Positions 61,384 through 64,000 of a stretch of DNA of 64,000 bases are shown in pieces. Location of the stretch: the IMG/VR virus record IMGVR_UViG_3300045988_152178; one strand, given 5' to 3'. Source of the stretch: a virus. Each line of letters opens with the position of its first letter. Position 1 is the first letter of the stretch. A model generated the notes under the pieces. That model did no database searches and was not told the origin of the DNA. It worked only from the letters and a program-made list of their open reading frames with translations. Both the position numbers and the translations under genes were made by a program.

Positions 61384-62283
61384 ATGAAAATGATAATTCC
61401 TGGTGTTGAGTGGTGGCCTCAGAAGACCGCCGCACAACAGATTGCCCGAGTAGGCAGAATTTGCTACAAGAGCAAAGGTAAGCAGCCTGATGAGAATCTT
61501 TCTGAAGACAAGAAAGGAGCGTTTCTGGAAGAACAGGCAGTAAAGTTGGCCAACCGTTTCTGGGAGAGCGGTCATCGTTCCATGTACCGCCATGGCACCC
61601 TCTATTTCTTCGTCAAGAACGACAGTAAGCTGCCCAAGCATCTTTGGTCTTTCCTTGTTGCATCGCCTTACATCAATTATGCAGTGCAGGGAAAAAAAGT
61701 CTGGATCAGCAGCAATATGCAGTTCCTATGCGAGCATGGCAACATACTCGAAATGCTGTCCCCATTCAATGTGAAGGAAGCCGAGTTTATCGAGAAGGCG
61801 CTGAAATATGATTTCAAGGAAGCACTCAATCTCCTCCGTATGACGCTTGTCGTTACTACGCAGATCAGTACTAGCCGTGAGCTGAACCGAACATCGCCTA
61901 ATTGCATCAGCGAGCAGAGCACACGCTATGTGAACCTGGAGAAGAAAGGTGGCGTTCAGATTGCCCGTCCGCACTGGCTGCACGAGGGCACGAAATGGCA
62001 GAAGTTCCTCTATCTCACCGGCTGTAAGATTTCCGACTGGCTCTATCGCCGATTACTGAAATCGGGCATGAAGCCGCAGGATGCCCGCGGCATTCTCCCT
62101 CTCGATACCTATACGGTGGTAGCCTATACTTACACCATCACCGAGTGGCAGCATATCTTAGACCTTCGCTTCCGTGAAACCACCGGCAAGGCGCATCCTA
62201 ATGCCAAGGAGATAGGTTTCGAGATCAACCGCATCATCACGGAGAGATTAATGTTCGAGGCTCAAAAGAAATCTTTTAGATAA
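61384..62283 (+). CDS. thyX: ThyX-like (flavin-dependent thymidylate synthase fold) protein with a non-canonical signature motif
   Basis: SGHRSMYRHGTLYF aligns with ThyX GHxSvxEHxxxxF. SRELNRTSPNCISEQSTRYV aligns with ...RHRx7SxRY, but RHR reads RTS. Confidence 0.6.
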   Translation: MKMIIPGVEWWPQKTAAQQIARVGRICYKSKGKQPDENLSEDKKGAFLEEQAVKLANRFWESGHRSMYRHGTLYFFVKNDSKLPKHLWSFLVASPYINYAVQGKKVWISSNMQFLCEHGNILEMLSPFNVKEAEFIEKALKYDFKEALNLLRMTLVVTTQISTSRELNRTSPNCISEQSTRYVNLEKKGGVQIARPHWLHEGTKWQKFLYLTGCKISDWLYRRLLKSGMKPQDARGILPLDTYTVVAYTYTITEWQHILDLRFRETTGKAHPNAKEIGFEINRIITERLMFEAQKKSFR

Positions 62284-62287
62284 GCCT

Positions 62288-62312
62288 CCGTTCCCAGCGA
62301 TTCCATCGCTGG
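62288..62312 (+). repeat. Conserved hairpin element, copy G
   Basis: Exact consensus. Starts 4 nt after the thyX-like stop and ends 28 nt before the mazG ATG. Confidence 0.9.
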
Positions 62313-62340
62313 TCCAATAACAAATAAAGAAGAAAAAATT

Positions 62341-62730
62341 ATGGCAAAAATGACTTTAAACGAATATCAGCAGAAGGCAATGACAACCTGCCTTCCTGAG
62401 AGTAATAACCTCTTTTATATGCTCGCCAACCTCTGTGGCGAAGTAGGCGAATTTGCAAGCAAGGCTGGCAAGCACATGCGCAAGGGCAAGCTCCATATCA
62501 CCACCACCGAACGTGATGAGGATGGCAAAATCTGCCACACCCAAATCTGGAACGTAACCGATGAAGAGCGCAAGCTGATGCTTTCCGAAATCGGCGATAT
62601 TCTTTGGCAGACCGCAGGACTTGCCCACGTGATGGGTGTAAGCCTCGAAGAAGTAGCCGAGGAGAACCTGGCAAAACTAGCAAGCCGCCAGCAGCGCCAC
62701 GTGATAGCCGGTGATGGCGATGAGCGATAA
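62341..62730 (+). CDS. mazG: MazG-like nucleoside triphosphate pyrophosphohydrolase
   Basis: MTLNEYQQKAMTT...LCGEVGEFASKAGKHMRKG and EIGDILWQTAGLA are typical of the all-alpha MazG/NTP-PPase fold. Confidence 0.8.
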   Translation: MAKMTLNEYQQKAMTTCLPESNNLFYMLANLCGEVGEFASKAGKHMRKGKLHITTTERDEDGKICHTQIWNVTDEERKLMLSEIGDILWQTAGLAHVMGVSLEEVAEENLAKLASRQQRHVIAGDGDER

Positions 62731-62811
62731 GATAATTGCCCAATAAGGGTGATTATGATTAATAGAGTATTTTGCCAATCAATGCTTGGCAATAAAAAGC
62801 AATAAAAAGCA

Positions 62812-63786
62812 ATGGGAACAAAAAACAAAAAACAACAGCAGCAAGTGATGGCCAAGCGTGAGGCGCAAATCAGAAACCTCCCTACCATCTATACCTTCAA
62901 CTTCAAGGATGTGCCGTCAGAGAAATATGCCTCTGCCCTGGACCGCCTTTTCTCCAACCCCGATTTCGCTGAAGCCGTGCAAAACCGCAATGAACTGGTC
63001 CGTGCAGCCAGCCGCGTTCCGCAGAACTCACCACAGATGGCATCACTCATCCGTGCCATTCAGGAGAAAGATAAGAAGCTGGCGATGAATATGTACTCCC
63101 TACTCGTGCAGGTAAATGTGCGAAGTGATGAAAATTACGATTTCCTCAACTTCGGTCAGTTGCTCCGCTACTATGTAGATTACAGCAAGCCTGGAATGCA
63201 GGAGACTGTTGACCAGCTTGCCCTTAATCTCGATAAGGTTACTTTCCTCACAGATACCCTGGAGAGTATCGTGGTAGATGTGAAGTCGTATATGACAACC
63301 ATCTTTAATGGCAGTGTTGAGTTCAATCAGTTTGACGGTGTGCTGCAGGTATTGAAGCAGATGCAGGGTTTCTTCAATTTCGCAAGAACCAAGGATATTG
63401 ACAGCAAGGATAATGACCTCTACTGTGAGTATGCCGACAGCATCAATGCCTATGTAGATAAGCGTATGAAGACCTATTCGACCAAGCATCGCAAGCTGCA
63501 CCCTCAGCTCCCTGGCTTCACCCAGGATCAGATGATAGAAGCCCTCAACCTCTTCTTCGGAGAAAACAAGATGTTTAACGAGTGCTTCATCGCCAAGACG
63601 GAATCAGGTGGCTGCTATATCGACGGCATGAAGCTCATCCCTAATCTCAGCGAGGAGCAGACTGCCAAGCTCGACAAGCTGGTACCACGCCCAAAGGAAG
63701 GCAACAGCATGCAGAAATACTTCCTCTACATTACCGATGCCATTATGCTCTATTATGCCCAGCAGAAAGGCATCGCCTTAAAATAG
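62812..63786 (+). CDS. hypothetical protein (324 aa)
   Basis: Long ORF. Confidence 0.75.
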   Translation: MGTKNKKQQQQVMAKREAQIRNLPTIYTFNFKDVPSEKYASALDRLFSNPDFAEAVQNRNELVRAASRVPQNSPQMASLIRAIQEKDKKLAMNMYSLLVQVNVRSDENYDFLNFGQLLRYYVDYSKPGMQETVDQLALNLDKVTFLTDTLESIVVDVKSYMTTIFNGSVEFNQFDGVLQVLKQMQGFFNFARTKDIDSKDNDLYCEYADSINAYVDKRMKTYSTKHRKLHPQLPGFTQDQMIEALNLFFGENKMFNECFIAKTESGGCYIDGMKLIPNLSEEQTAKLDKLVPRPKEGNSMQKYFLYITDAIMLYYAQQKGIALK

Positions 63787-63792
63787 CAAAAA

Positions 63793-64000
63793 ATGCCAAA
63801 TATCTATCTCCGTCTCCCCACCTCCCGCTGCCAGTTTTTCCGGCACCGCGACCCTAAGCTCACCCTTGCAAAGGATGAGCCGGTAGTGTTCAGTAACTAT
63901 TCGCACGAGCATTTTATCATGCGCAACTCCCTCATCAACACCCCAGCCCGCAGCAGCCGTATCGACCTCGGCTGTTTCTCCCAGCAGCAATGGTGCAATA
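63793..64000 (+). CDS. hypothetical protein, 5' partial (runs off the window)
   Basis: The ATG at 63793 (aaaaATGcc) opens a frame with no stop to the window end. The antisense track ORF 63778-63990 is less likely. Confidence 0.5.
   Translation, partial: MPNIYLRLPTSRCQFFRHRDPKLTLAKDEPVVFSNYSHEHFIMRNSLINTPARSSRIDLGCFSQQQWCN

Noticed and set aside
14950-62312. Treating the seven conserved hairpins as ordinary Rho-independent terminators, or as N4-type hairpin promoters because of the 3-nt loop
   Set aside because: No T-tract follows any copy, and a non-palindromic 5' flank is conserved. A plain-terminator reading is therefore incomplete. No virion or single-subunit RNA polymerase is visible in the window to support the N4-type idea. 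Function is left open.
1-64000. Stop-codon reassignment, as seen in some Bacteroidota-infecting phages
   Set aside because: Very long ORFs (1226 aa, 2309 aa, 693 aa) are uninterrupted under the standard code. TAA, TAG and TGA all terminate well-supported genes. The few broken genes are explained by frameshifts at simple repeats, not in-frame stops.

Overview
This is a gene-dense segment (about 90 CDS) of a large tailed phage. Phage hallmarks are a large terminase (44022-46103, minus), a 2309-aa tape measure protein (51452-58381) and a holin-like protein (49528-50148). The same window carries a plasmid-type maintenance module: ParA, a ribbon-helix-helix partner and an iteron-flanked Rep initiator (10.4-14.0 kb). 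No integrase is visible, so I read the element as a candidate phage-plasmid. Expression signals look like Bacteroidota: several TAnnTTTG -7 boxes, A/T-rich leaders without Shine-Dalgarno sequences, lipoprotein signal peptides and a BT4734/PriCT-2-type primase.

Layout:
- 0.7-5.3 kb: an array of small early genes, each framed by a GC hairpin and a conserved TATTATAGAAC leader.
- 5.8-10.4 kb: unknown genes.
- 10.4-14 kb: the par/rep module.
- 15.8-16.7 kb: a divergent repressor-like switch.
- 17-24 kb: a replication set (DnaQ-like exonuclease, 1226-aa primase-helicase, DnaN sliding clamp).
- 24-44 kb: many small accessory genes. From about 29 kb onward (mainly 31-40 kb) this block becomes visibly AT-richer and carries Shine-Dalgarno sequences. 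It contains duplicated YopX, ASCH and Cys-rich genes, a DUF2829 (Tad2-like) protein, a radical SAM enzyme and a GNAT acetyltransferase.
- 44-49.4 kb, minus strand: TerL, two DNA methyltransferases and a PAPS-reductase-family gene.
- After the holin and tape measure protein: an 850-bp ORF-free repeat array, a second primase-like gene, and a nucleotide-metabolism trio (guanylate-kinase-like kinase, ThyX-like protein with an altered signature motif, MazG).

Signals not explained by ordinary annotation:
- A 25-nt conserved hairpin element present seven times.
- The early-gene hairpin-plus-leader cassettes.
- Gene disruptions that coincide with simple-sequence repeats: (CATCT)3, G6 and G7.
- A 590-bp ORF-free region with long-range complementarity upstream of the primase-helicase.
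- Recurrent intercistronic junction sequences.

All family assignments are by eye from motifs. No database search was possible.
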